Assembly (NCBI GenBank): GCA_903867985.1
Contig: CAIPTO010000106.1
Coordinates: forward strand, 30,373-94,372
DNA: 64,000 nucleotides
Direction: 5' to 3'
From: an uncultured Elusimicrobia bacterium
GTDB taxonomy: Bacteria > Elusimicrobiota > Elusimicrobia > Elusimicrobiales > UBA9959
A program made the position numbers and the translations under genes. Under the pieces are notes generated by a model. That model was not told where the DNA came from. It saw nothing but the letters and a program-made list of their open reading frames with translations, and did no database searches. Below, in pieces: positions 9,054 to 17,876 of this stretch (its first letter is position 1; every line of letters starts with the position of its first letter).

Positions 9054-9725
9054 ATGAAGAGTTTTGCCAGTATGATCGGCTGGCTCCTCCTGGCGGCAGT
9101 ACTGGCCGTACCCTCCTTCCTTTTTTATAACTGGTGGACGAGCAATAATAAGAATGAAGCGGAGGCTCAGGCCCCGGTCCAAAGAGTTTCCACGGCCACT
9201 GTTTTTGCCGACGCTCAGGATAAATCCGCAACGCGCCAGGCGAGTACGGCTCCCATCGCGGCTGAGGGCCCTGTTTTTAGTGTTGCGCCTATCCAGAGGG
9301 CCGATCAAGCCGTGTCTACTGCCTCCGCATATGGCGCGGCATCAACGGCTTCTGCTGTGGCTGTGCCTCAGGTGAAGAAGACTCCTCCCGCCGCCGTTAC
9401 AACACAGGCCGCGCATTGGTCATATTTTGATCCAAAATCAGATCGCGATCCCACCATGACCCCGGGGGACTACCAGGCGATACGGGAAAACGAGCAGCAA
9501 AAGCTTGAGAATGAACGTAAATATCAATTGGCAATACGTAAACAGCGGTATGACGACGGGGAAGGACGCATAAAATTGCAGGGCATAGTTGGCAACAGCG
9601 TAATAATTAACGGCGAGATGTATTCGGTCGGCGACACCGTGACCGGAGTCAAAATTATAAAGATCGGAGCCAATTATCTTATTGGGGAGCGCAACGGAAA
9701 GAGGTTTAAGAAGATTTTGAAGTGA
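9054..9725 (+). CDS. Membrane-anchored protein, possible PilP/GspC-like secretin adaptor
   Basis: It has an N-terminal TM anchor and an Ala/Ser/Thr/Pro/Gln-rich linker. The C-terminal beta domain is IKLQGIVGNSVIINGEMYSVGDTVTGVKIIKI. It lies between PilO-like and the secretin. The function is inferred from position only. Confidence 0.35.
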   Translation: MKSFASMIGWLLLAAVLAVPSFLFYNWWTSNNKNEAEAQAPVQRVSTATVFADAQDKSATRQASTAPIAAEGPVFSVAPIQRADQAVSTASAYGAASTASAVAVPQVKKTPPAAVTTQAAHWSYFDPKSDRDPTMTPGDYQAIRENEQQKLENERKYQLAIRKQRYDDGEGRIKLQGIVGNSVIINGEMYSVGDTVTGVKIIKIGANYLIGERNGKRFKKILK

Positions 9726-9850
9726 TTGATAACAGCTGTTCAGGTGTAAGGCCGGGAAGACTTGCAGGGGAGAAACATAAACGCGGACTGGCGACCTGCA
9801 ATTAAGACGGCCTGGATAGCCGTAAACAATATGCAAATAACGGAGGTTAT

Positions 9851-11590
9851 ATGAAAAAGCTTAGAATTTTACTGACTCTCTGTCTGCTGGCCGAACAGTG
9901 CGTTGTGCCGGTGGCGGTGGTCTTCGCGCAGGACTCCCAAACTCTGGAATCTGACAAGAATTTTACGCAGGATCTTCAGGGACCTTCCTCCGAGGATGGC
10001 GGACCCATACTGAATCACCCGGCCCAGGAGAATCCTCCACCCCAGACAATGCCTCAAGCCTCCACTCCCGGCGCTCCCATAGAATCCGTGCAGATCGGTG
10101 CTGTTCCCCGGGAGGCCCCAATGTACGAGGAGGCTGAAGCTATATCGCCTCTTGACCGCAAGATAGGCCCCATTAGACTTAAGGGAGCCCCCCTGTCTAC
10201 ATTCCTGGACGTGGTATCGGCGCAATCTAAGGTGAATTTCATCATCACCGAAGGTCTTGAAGCCAAAACTATCACCGTTTTTTTACGGAAGACTACTGTG
10301 CGCGAAGCTTTGGAACTTCTGCTGCGAGTCAAGGGGCTGACCTACCAGCGTATAGGCAAAAGTAACACCTATGTAGTCCAGAAACGTTCCGCCGACATGC
10401 CTAATCTGATCACCAAAATATATGTGCTGAATTATATCCCGCTGATCGCGATCGGCTCCGTGGGCGAGGACATGGCGGCCGTCACTTCCCAGGATGTGTC
10501 ATCCTCGGGCGGTTTGTCCTCGGGTGGTTCATCCTCTGGCGGATCGTCCTCGGGCGGCTCATCTTCCGGCGGCAGTCAGCAGAATACCGCCAAGGAAGAA
10601 GATAAGGGTATAGCAATCATGAGTATTATCAGAAGCGTCCTTTCAAAGAAGTACGGCAAGATGGCTAATGATCCCAGAACTAATACTCTCATAATTACCG
10701 ATGTGCCGGAAGTTTTTCCGCAAGTCGAGCAGATTATAGCCGAACTTGATAAAAAAGCTCCCCAGATACTCATAGAGGCTCAGATAGTAGAGATCAACAC
10801 GGATCGCCTTAACGAGCTTGGCATAGAATGGGGCGGCGCACGGGGCGAGATGGCGTATTTCGCCGGCCCCGCCCGCGTGACCGACTACGGCTTAAGACCC
10901 GGATTTTTTTCCGGCGACCAGTGGAAGAATTTCTTTCCGAAATCGGTTGAGACCGTGGGAACACCTCCCTCAGCCGGCAGCACGATCGACCCGGTATTCA
11001 GTACCGGGCAACTCAGTCCTAAAGGCGTATTCTACGGCATATTCAGTCTTGCGCAGCTGCAGGCCACCTTCCGGGCCCTTATTTCGCGGGGAGAGGCGCG
11101 GTACCTCGGCAAGCCCAGGATCGTAGCCATGAACAACAAGACTGCCGTTGTGACGGTTTCCAGAGATGCGGCCGTAGGGCAGAGCTCCCAGGTCTCCTCC
11201 GCCGGAGGCTCAACGGGGTCGTCCACGACCGGGGCGGAAAGACGCAGGGTAGGCTTGACCCTTAAGGTCACGCCGCAGGTCAACAAGGAAGGTTATATTA
11301 CGCTGGTTGTCATGCCCTCTTACTCCGACCTGGTCGCTTCCGCTGTCACAACCACAGGCTCCACGATATACGACCCGGTAAGCCGCGGCGCGTCCACTAT
11401 GGTCAGGGTAAAGAACGGACAAACCGTTGTGATCGGCGGCATGCTTTCTTCCACTGAGACCAAGAGCGTGAAAAAAGTGCCGTTGTTGGGTTATATTCCG
11501 ATCATAGGCTGGCTGTTCACCAGCGTCAGTTCCAGGCGCACGAATACCGATCTGGTGATTTTTGTGACACCTACTATTTTGGTAGACTAA
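9851..11590 (+). CDS. Secretin (PilQ/GspD family outer-membrane channel)
   Basis: It has a signal peptide and the secretin N-domain motif NTLIITDVPEVFPQVEQIIAELD. The C-terminal secretin core is VPLLGYIPIIGWLFTS...TDLVIFVTPTIL. Confidence 0.85.
   Translation: MKKLRILLTLCLLAEQCVVPVAVVFAQDSQTLESDKNFTQDLQGPSSEDGGPILNHPAQENPPPQTMPQASTPGAPIESVQIGAVPREAPMYEEAEAISPLDRKIGPIRLKGAPLSTFLDVVSAQSKVNFIITEGLEAKTITVFLRKTTVREALELLLRVKGLTYQRIGKSNTYVVQKRSADMPNLITKIYVLNYIPLIAIGSVGEDMAAVTSQDVSSSGGLSSGGSSSGGSSSGGSSSGGSQQNTAKEEDKGIAIMSIIRSVLSKKYGKMANDPRTNTLIITDVPEVFPQVEQIIAELDKKAPQILIEAQIVEINTDRLNELGIEWGGARGEMAYFAGPARVTDYGLRPGFFSGDQWKNFFPKSVETVGTPPSAGSTIDPVFSTGQLSPKGVFYGIFSLAQLQATFRALISRGEARYLGKPRIVAMNNKTAVVTVSRDAAVGQSSQVSSAGGSTGSSTTGAERRRVGLTLKVTPQVNKEGYITLVVMPSYSDLVASAVTTTGSTIYDPVSRGASTMVRVKNGQTVVIGGMLSSTETKSVKKVPLLGYIPIIGWLFTSVSSRRTNTDLVIFVTPTILVD
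10499..10573 (+). repeat. Five 15-nt in-frame repeats encoding (S/L)SSGG within the secretin
   Basis: The five units are tcatcctcgggcggt, ttgtcctcgggtggt, tcatcctctggcgga, tcgtcctcgggcggc and tcatcttccggcggc. Confidence 0.85.
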
Positions 11591-11596
11591 TAATGC

Positions 11597-11671
11597 AGTG
11601 ACGAGTGGATAGTGGCTGGTGGACAGTAGTGGATAGTTACAGAACGTAGATCTTTTATTCACTGACCAGTG
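11597..11671 (+). repeat. Heptad array (AGTGNNN)x5 starting 7 nt after the secretin stop, with a CACTG..CAGTG partner
   Basis: AGTG at 11597, 11604 and 11611, GGTG at 11618 and AGTA at 11625 give an exact 7-nt period. CACTGACCAGTG lies at 11660-11671. Confidence 0.6.
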
Positions 11672-11683
11672 TTATTTAATATT

Positions 11684-13429
11684 ATGGCTCGAAAAAGACT
11701 CGGCGAAATAATGGTGGAAGCGGGCTGGATAACCGAAGACCAGCTTGTTAAGGCGCTCAAATTCCAGCAGCAGAATCCGTGCCTTATCGGCGAAGCTATC
11801 GTAAAAATGCACTTTTCCAACGAGGAGAAGGTTGCGATGGCTCTGTCTAAACAATTAGGCGTCCCTTACGCTTCCAGAGAAAATCAGATACTTAACCCTG
11901 AAAAGGGCCAGACCCTTGAAAAGATGATATCTGAGAAATTCGCGCGAGAGCACGTGGTGATACCGCTTTTTATCGAGAACAATGTTCTGGCCGCCGCCAT
12001 GACGGATCCGGCCAACATCCTGCTTGTCGACAATATAAGGCTGGTCACCGGGATGGATGTGCAGCCTTTCATCGCCACTAAAGCGCAGATCCTTAAAGTG
12101 ATAGATTCTTTCTACCAGGGCGCCACCGACCTCATTGACAGGGTTATGGATGCTGCGGGCCAGAGCAAGGGAGAGACCTCCGACAGCGACGTTATTACTG
12201 CTGACGGAAAGCTTGACCTTGACAAGGTCATCATGGGGGAGTCCAAAGGCGCGCAATCTATAAAACTGGTCAACGCTATATTAAAACAGGCAATATCCGA
12301 ACGGAGCAGCGATATTCATCTCGAAAAATTTGATGAAAAAGTCTCTCTTCGATTCCGTATAGACGGTGTGCTCTACGAACGCAGCGCCCCTCCAGGCGAT
12401 CTGGTGGACGCCCTGATCTCCCGCGTTAAGATACTTTCAAAATTGGATGTTTCAGAGCGCCGGCTACCGCAGGACGGCAGTTATTCCATAAAATATCAGA
12501 ACCGGATCATTGAAATTCGCGTATCGGTCTGCCCGACTGTCTTCGGGGAAAAGATGGTTCAGCGTCTTCTCGATAAAGGCGCCGTGGAACTTAATATCGA
12601 AAAACTCGGCTTTGAACCCCGGCAAAGCGCCGACTTCCTGAAGGCTGCGTCCGCGCCGCACGGCCTTATCTTCCTCACCGGACCCACGGGCTCCGGTAAG
12701 ACTACTACTCTGAACTCTGTTCTCAATACCATAAAATCCCCGGAACTCAATATCATGACTCTGGAAGATCCCGTGGAAATAAAGATGGAGGGAATAAGTC
12801 AGGTACAAATAAAACCGCAGATCGGCCTTACTTTTGCCACAGGGCTGCGCTCTTTCCTGCGTCAGGACCCCGATGTCATCCTGGTCGGCGAGGTCCGCGA
12901 TGATGAAACAGCTGAAGCCTGTCTTAAAGCCGCCATGACAGGCCATCTTGTGCTTTCCACGCTGCATACCAATAGCGCTCTTGAGGCGATTCCCAGATTG
13001 ATCGACATGGGTATTGAAAACTACCTTTTAGCCAGCACGCTGCTCTGCCTGGCGGCCCAACGACTGGTGCGGCAGCTTTGCCCTGAATGCAAGCAGCCGT
13101 ACAGACCGCCTAAAGAGGAAATCGATCAGATGATGGCTGAATGTCTGCTGAACCCGCTCCCCGATCCTGCAAGGCTGATGTTCTACAAACCCAAAGGATG
13201 CCCCAAATGCTCAAATATGGGCTATAAGGGCCGCAAGGCCATCTATGAGGTCTATTTCAACACCGAGGAAATGAAGCGAATCATTTTCAAGGACGCTGAT
13301 ATCCACAAACTGGACGAAGCCGCAAGAAAAAGCGGAGCCTGGGGGCTCAGGGCCAGCGGTTGGCGCAAGGTTATTGCCGGTCTCACCTCCGTGGATGAGA
13401 TGCTTTCGGTAACGGTTACTGAACGCTGA
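11684..13429 (+). CDS. pilB: Type IV pilus / T2SS assembly ATPase (PilB/GspE family)
   Basis: Walker A is GPTGSGKTTT. The Asp/His boxes include LRQDPDVILVGEVRD and LVLSTLHTN. The Zn motif is CPECKQ...CPKC, and the N-terminus has a T2SSE_N/MshEN-like domain. ATG at 11684 is preferred to GTG at 11669. Confidence 0.9.
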   Translation: MARKRLGEIMVEAGWITEDQLVKALKFQQQNPCLIGEAIVKMHFSNEEKVAMALSKQLGVPYASRENQILNPEKGQTLEKMISEKFAREHVVIPLFIENNVLAAAMTDPANILLVDNIRLVTGMDVQPFIATKAQILKVIDSFYQGATDLIDRVMDAAGQSKGETSDSDVITADGKLDLDKVIMGESKGAQSIKLVNAILKQAISERSSDIHLEKFDEKVSLRFRIDGVLYERSAPPGDLVDALISRVKILSKLDVSERRLPQDGSYSIKYQNRIIEIRVSVCPTVFGEKMVQRLLDKGAVELNIEKLGFEPRQSADFLKAASAPHGLIFLTGPTGSGKTTTLNSVLNTIKSPELNIMTLEDPVEIKMEGISQVQIKPQIGLTFATGLRSFLRQDPDVILVGEVRDDETAEACLKAAMTGHLVLSTLHTNSALEAIPRLIDMGIENYLLASTLLCLAAQRLVRQLCPECKQPYRPPKEEIDQMMAECLLNPLPDPARLMFYKPKGCPKCSNMGYKGRKAIYEVYFNTEEMKRIIFKDADIHKLDEAARKSGAWGLRASGWRKVIAGLTSVDEMLSVTVTER

Positions 13430-13467
13430 TTGCTTTAATCGGTTGTTTTTGATTTAATAACCACACT

Positions 13468-14691
13468 ATGGCAAGATTCATATATACGGTTCAAGACGCT
13501 CAGGGCACGGTAACGACCGGCCACGTCAACGCCGACGACGAGGATCAGGCGATACAATCTCTTCAGACGAAGGGATTGTTCATACTTTCCATCCAATCCG
13601 AAGATGTTAAATCTTCGAGCATTCTCAACCTGCGAAAGTTCAATAAGGGCAAAATTTCCGGACGCGATCTGGTCTTCTTCGGAGAGCAGATGTCCACCCT
13701 TCTGGGAGGAGGTATTCCTCTTGTGCGCGCGCTTTCGCTTCTGGGCGAGCACTCTGAAAATAAAAATCTGGCCAATGTGCTGGGCCAGATCACCAAAGAA
13801 ATTTCCGCGGGCGGTACATTTCATAAAGCTCTTGAAAAACATCCGAAAGTCTTCGATGAGATCTGGACCTCCCTGGTGCAGGCGGGTGAAGTCTCCGGAC
13901 AGTTGCCAACTGTACTGCGGCAGATAACAGCCTATTGCGAATCTCAGGAAAACATAAAATCCAAGATCATAACCGCGTTGGCTTACCCAGCCGTACTGGC
14001 GGTTTCATCTATGGGCGTGTTGGCCTACTTTATAATCTACATCGTGCCGGTTTTTGCCGACATTTTTAAGGACTTTAATCTGACTCTGCCTTTCCTTACC
14101 CGCATGATCGTGCATATCTCCAATATTTTTGCCAAATACTTCGTCTTTATGCTGGTGACGGGGATAGGATGTTTTGTGTCGGCACGGGCCTATATCGCCA
14201 CGCCGCCGGGCCTGCTGACATGGAATCATGTGCAGTTTAAAGTCCCGGTTTTCGGGTCTCTGATAAAGAATATGCAGACTGAACGGCTGCTTACTACCAT
14301 GTCCACGCTGATCCGTTCGGGCGTCAGTATTCTTAACGCTGTTTCAGTGCTGGAGGGCGCCTTCAAAAAAAATCTCATTTACCAGAATGCGCTTAAGAAA
14401 GCCAAGAATGATATAGCCAGCGGACGCTCGATCTCCGAGTCTTTCAAGAAGACCGGGATTTTTCCCAGTCTGGTGACCGAGATGATGTGGATGGGAGAAG
14501 AGTCAGGAAAACTTCCTGATATCATAGTGGTGCTTTCCAAGTATTATCAGGAACAGATAGACCAGTGGATCAGACGGTTTTCTTCAATGATAGACCCGAT
14601 TCTCGTGGTTGGGATCGGCGCCGTTATCGGCGTTATCGTCACATCCATTTTTATGCCTATTTTCCAACTGTCACAAATCGGAGCGAAGTAG
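13468..14691 (+). CDS. pilC: Type IV pilus / T2SS inner-membrane platform protein (PilC/GspF family)
   Basis: 407 aa with the two-repeat GspF architecture. Motifs include FFGEQMSTLLGGGIPLVRAL and LSTLIRSGVSILNAL-like. It has 3 TM segments and follows the ATPase. Confidence 0.9.
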   Translation: MARFIYTVQDAQGTVTTGHVNADDEDQAIQSLQTKGLFILSIQSEDVKSSSILNLRKFNKGKISGRDLVFFGEQMSTLLGGGIPLVRALSLLGEHSENKNLANVLGQITKEISAGGTFHKALEKHPKVFDEIWTSLVQAGEVSGQLPTVLRQITAYCESQENIKSKIITALAYPAVLAVSSMGVLAYFIIYIVPVFADIFKDFNLTLPFLTRMIVHISNIFAKYFVFMLVTGIGCFVSARAYIATPPGLLTWNHVQFKVPVFGSLIKNMQTERLLTTMSTLIRSGVSILNAVSVLEGAFKKNLIYQNALKKAKNDIASGRSISESFKKTGIFPSLVTEMMWMGEESGKLPDIIVVLSKYYQEQIDQWIRRFSSMIDPILVVGIGAVIGVIVTSIFMPIFQLSQIGAK

Positions 14692-14758
14692 GATACCGAC
14701 TCAAGTGGCTATGTGTTGCGCTGTCAATACGTCCAGGCACCGGGGTTGCGGGAGAGCT

Positions 14759-15238
14759 ATGAATAACAACAAAAAAGGCTTTACCCTTATTGAACTCGTG
14801 ATCGTTACCGTTATTATGGGAATCCTGGCATCCATGGGGCTTCCTTATTATTTGAAGACGGTTGAAGTTTCAAAGGCCAGCGACGCCTTATCGATCGGTC
14901 ATCTACTCGGCAATTCCTACCGGATGTACCTTGTGGATAATCCGAGCTTGCCTTTAACCGGCTCTATCACCAATGCGTGCAACACCGGCGCCTGCGACAC
15001 ATCCGCGACAGACGCCTGCAGGCTGGTAAGATGTAATTATGTGGCCAGGCAGGATTGGGACTCCAGCTCTTACAGCTATTCTATCGGCGCAGCCGCTGAC
15101 ATCGCGGCCACCGTTTCACGAAAGACCGGCGCAAGCCCCGGCACAAATAATACTCCTTACAACGGCTGGGGGTATACTTTCAGTACCACGGGCGGCTGTG
15201 CGGTTGTCGGCGAAGCTCCGTCCTGCCCTGGTTTCTAG
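14759..15238 (+). CDS. Prepilin-type N-terminal cleavage/methylation domain protein (probable major pilin/pseudopilin)
   Basis: MNNNKKG/FTLIELVIVTVIMGILA is the canonical G-FTLIE class III signal. GGGAGAG lies upstream of the ATG at 14759. The track start at 14609 overlaps pilC and is rejected. Confidence 0.8.
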   Translation: MNNNKKGFTLIELVIVTVIMGILASMGLPYYLKTVEVSKASDALSIGHLLGNSYRMYLVDNPSLPLTGSITNACNTGACDTSATDACRLVRCNYVARQDWDSSSYSYSIGAAADIAATVSRKTGASPGTNNTPYNGWGYTFSTTGGCAVVGEAPSCPGF

Positions 15239-15277
15239 GCGTGCCCCTTTTTTGTGAATTTAACGACAGACTGGAAT

Positions 15278-15739
15278 ATGTTCAAGGCTCGTACAAAAAG
15301 GCCCGGCCAAACTTTAATCGAGGTCGCTATTGCCACCATGATAGCGGCCATGACCACTGTCGCCGTATTTTCAGTTATTCTTTCAAGCTTCGTCTCCCAG
15401 AAGAAAGCCGATAAGAAGGAGCTGGCCGCGATGGTGCTAAAAGAGGCGCAGCAAACCCTGCAGACTTTTGTCAGCGCTGTGCCAAACGAAGTTAATTATT
15501 CCCCTAACATGGGTGGATGGTGGGCGGCGGATTCTCTATCCCCCGCCTGGGCCCTACGCGCCGGGCAGCATGACATTTCATCGCTTATGCTCTCCGAACT
15601 ACGGACGGACCCCGCTGTGCCATGCGTTTGGGGGAGTTCTTGTTATTTTGTGTACACCGTAACGGACACCGACTGCGGCTTTGGAGTCGGGAGCAACGCC
15701 TGCAAGACGGTGAGTTTTGATATGAAGTACGCGGATTAA
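15278..15739 (+). CDS. Prepilin-type minor pilin/pseudopilin
   Basis: It has ...KRPG/QTLIEVAIATMIAAMTTVAVF with Glu at +5. The start is ambiguous between ATG 15278 and GTG 15254. Confidence 0.65.
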   Translation: MFKARTKRPGQTLIEVAIATMIAAMTTVAVFSVILSSFVSQKKADKKELAAMVLKEAQQTLQTFVSAVPNEVNYSPNMGGWWAADSLSPAWALRAGQHDISSLMLSELRTDPAVPCVWGSSCYFVYTVTDTDCGFGVGSNACKTVSFDMKYAD

Positions 15740-15741
15740 AC

Positions 15742-16461
15742 ATGCCATTTAAATTTCGAAAAGGGTTCACGCTGGCGGAACTTGTCATTGCGACACTTAT
15801 TTTTGGTTTCATGATAATTTCTCTGGCTCTTATCTATTCCTCTGCCAATAACCATCTGTTCCATAACTACCGCATGAATACTTTTAAGTCCAACGCCTCA
15901 ATAGCGATGAAGACCATTACTTCCAAACTGCAGGAAGCCAATAGGATAGACGCGCCCGGATTTGACGCCTCTGGGGCCATTCTTGCTTTTGCCGTTAATG
16001 TCGACCAGCTGAGTGGTTGCTATCCTGTGAATCCCGCTGAGCCGGTCAGGTGGCATTATTTTTGTCACTCCTCGGCAGTTACTTCCGAATGCCCTTCAGG
16101 GAGCTGCCTGTATTACCACACGGACACTATTGTTGTCCCGTCGGGCAACAACTGCCCCAGCGGTCCGTCAGTATGGACAACTACAGACTACCCGGTTTTA
16201 GCTTGTGGGGGAGCCTACGGCACCGTAACGCTGCTGTCTTCTGACATCTTCCCCAAAACCGCCCCCGAGTTGTTCTCCCGCCGCAGTATCGACGGCATCG
16301 CCGGCAGCGCCCTCGTTAATATCAGCTTGCGCGTACGCTGGGACCCGGTCACCAATAACACCACAGGCCGTGATTTCCGGACCACGGATAAGCTTATTGA
16401 TACCACACTTAATACTACTGTCAGAGTGAATCGTGCCGGTCTGTCCGGGTCGGGTTTTTAG
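15742..16461 (+). CDS. Prepilin-type minor pilin/pseudopilin
   Basis: MPFKFRKG/FTLAELVIATLIFGFMI. Confidence 0.7.
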   Translation: MPFKFRKGFTLAELVIATLIFGFMIISLALIYSSANNHLFHNYRMNTFKSNASIAMKTITSKLQEANRIDAPGFDASGAILAFAVNVDQLSGCYPVNPAEPVRWHYFCHSSAVTSECPSGSCLYYHTDTIVVPSGNNCPSGPSVWTTTDYPVLACGGAYGTVTLLSSDIFPKTAPELFSRRSIDGIAGSALVNISLRVRWDPVTNNTTGRDFRTTDKLIDTTLNTTVRVNRAGLSGSGF

Positions 16462-16473
16462 GAAAAGTATTTT

Positions 16474-16770
16474 ATGAAATCACGGTCATATTGGAAAAAA
16501 GGCGCGATACTCCTGCAGACCCTTGTGATGTCCGTCATTCTTTCCATGATATCGGTGATGGTTCTCAAATGGATCATGGCCAGATACATCATCGTGGCCC
16601 GCATACAGCAAAGCGCCAAAAATACAGGCAATGCTCAGGGCTATGCCGCGCTGAACGTCAAAACCTGGACCACGCCCGCAAACGCGACCACGACCATGGA
16701 CCTCAAATCGGTTTCATTTCAGCAGGTCTCCACAGGAAAATTCACGACCACGGTAACCGACGAGTATTAG
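16474..16770 (+). CDS. Small pilin-like protein lacking Glu+5 (PilX/GspK-style minor component?)
   Basis: MKSRSYWKKG/AILLQTLVMSVILSMISVMVL has a hydrophobic N-terminal helix with Gln instead of Glu. It is the last small gene of the pilin row. Confidence 0.4.
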   Translation: MKSRSYWKKGAILLQTLVMSVILSMISVMVLKWIMARYIIVARIQQSAKNTGNAQGYAALNVKTWTTPANATTTMDLKSVSFQQVSTGKFTTTVTDEY

Positions 16771-16861
16771 CCGGGCCGTCCGGCAGCGATGCGCGGTCCG
16801 GCTTGTTCATATGGGCCGGGAAAAACTGTCAGGACGCATTTTTATCCGCCTCACTTACAAC

Positions 16862-17770
16862 ATGTCCGCCACGCTTATATTGATCCTGTGCTCAGCCCTG
16901 AATCTGGCGGCCGCGGAACCGGCTGCCGTTCACTCCTCCACCGTCTGGCACGTAAAAAATTCTCCGCATTTCGAGATATACCACGAATCCAACTGGTCGC
17001 CGGGCTCCATATCGCTTGAACTTGAGCGTCTTTATGGCAAGCTTCGCCTCAGCGTTTCGATGTTCGCGCCCTGGATGGTAAAAGAAAAAACTAAAATATA
17101 CATCTACAAGGATCAGGACTCCTATCTAAAGGGGGAGTTCAATCCGCCCAAGTGGTCAAAGGGCCTGGCGTATTTTTCCCAAAAAACGGTGGTAATCTTC
17201 GATTCAGGAGATATGCTCAAACTGCGCGCAGCCGCGTCGCATGAACTTTCTCACCTGTATTTTGAAAGTTTTTATGGAGAATACCTGAAATATCCGCCTC
17301 AGTGGCTCAACGAGGGTCTGGCCGTTCTTATGGAGGATATGTCATATCAGGATGAGGGACCATGGACTCAGGCCCTTAAATATTTTCCCAGGGAAAATGT
17401 GCTGCCGCTGAATGATTTTTTCAGGATCAGAATAGCCCAATTGAGTTCCGACGAACAGATCGGATATTGGTACCTGGAGTCTTTCGGAGTTGTTTCGTAT
17501 CTTTTCAGGCCCCGCACCCGGTTGCAGTTCGTAAATTTATGTTCTCTGTTGCGGAAAGGCGAACCCCTGGAATCAGCGCTGTGGAAATCATACCGGCTGA
17601 GCGGATCGGCCGGCATGGATCGTTCCTGGCGGGAATGGCTCAGAACTTATGAAAACAAGAATAATCGGGCTTTTTCAGCCAGTTATCCTACAGATAACTT
17701 TAATTTTAAAAAGATAGAATTTTCCACCTTCACGCTAACCAATTTTAACTCCGCCCGCCCCCGCCGCTGA
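16862..17770 (+). CDS. Secreted MA-clan zinc metallopeptidase-like protein (Peptidase_MA_2-like)
   Basis: The signal peptide is MSATLILILCSALNLAAA. HELSH (SHELSHLYFE) is followed by WLNEGLAVLMED, which would supply the third ligand Glu. ATG at 16862 is preferred to the track start at 16811. Confidence 0.55.
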   Translation: MSATLILILCSALNLAAAEPAAVHSSTVWHVKNSPHFEIYHESNWSPGSISLELERLYGKLRLSVSMFAPWMVKEKTKIYIYKDQDSYLKGEFNPPKWSKGLAYFSQKTVVIFDSGDMLKLRAAASHELSHLYFESFYGEYLKYPPQWLNEGLAVLMEDMSYQDEGPWTQALKYFPRENVLPLNDFFRIRIAQLSSDEQIGYWYLESFGVVSYLFRPRTRLQFVNLCSLLRKGEPLESALWKSYRLSGSAGMDRSWREWLRTYENKNNRAFSASYPTDNFNFKKIEFSTFTLTNFNSARPRR

Positions 17771-17809
17771 CCGGGCAAAGCCCCACAGCCAAAAATAAGA
17801 CCGCAGTTA

Positions 17810-17876
17810 GCCTCCCGAACGTGCGGTCCGCTATGTTGGCGGAAAGTTGGAACCGCAGCTTGGGGGTTAACCTGAA
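17810..17876 (+). repeat. Half copy (3' module) of the ~190-nt structured repeat, directly abutting copy A
   Basis: GCCTCCCGAACGTGCGGTCCGCTATGTTGGCGGAAAGTTGG...GGTTAACCTGAA aligns with 17994-18054 of copy A. Confidence 0.6.

Noticed and set aside
10499-10573. CRISPR-like or other spaced repeat arrays (the Ser/Gly 15-nt repeats in the secretin; GGTG-unit repeats at 48960-50290)
   Set aside because: Both are in-frame coding repeats inside long ORFs. They have no repeat-spacer organisation and no cas genes nearby.
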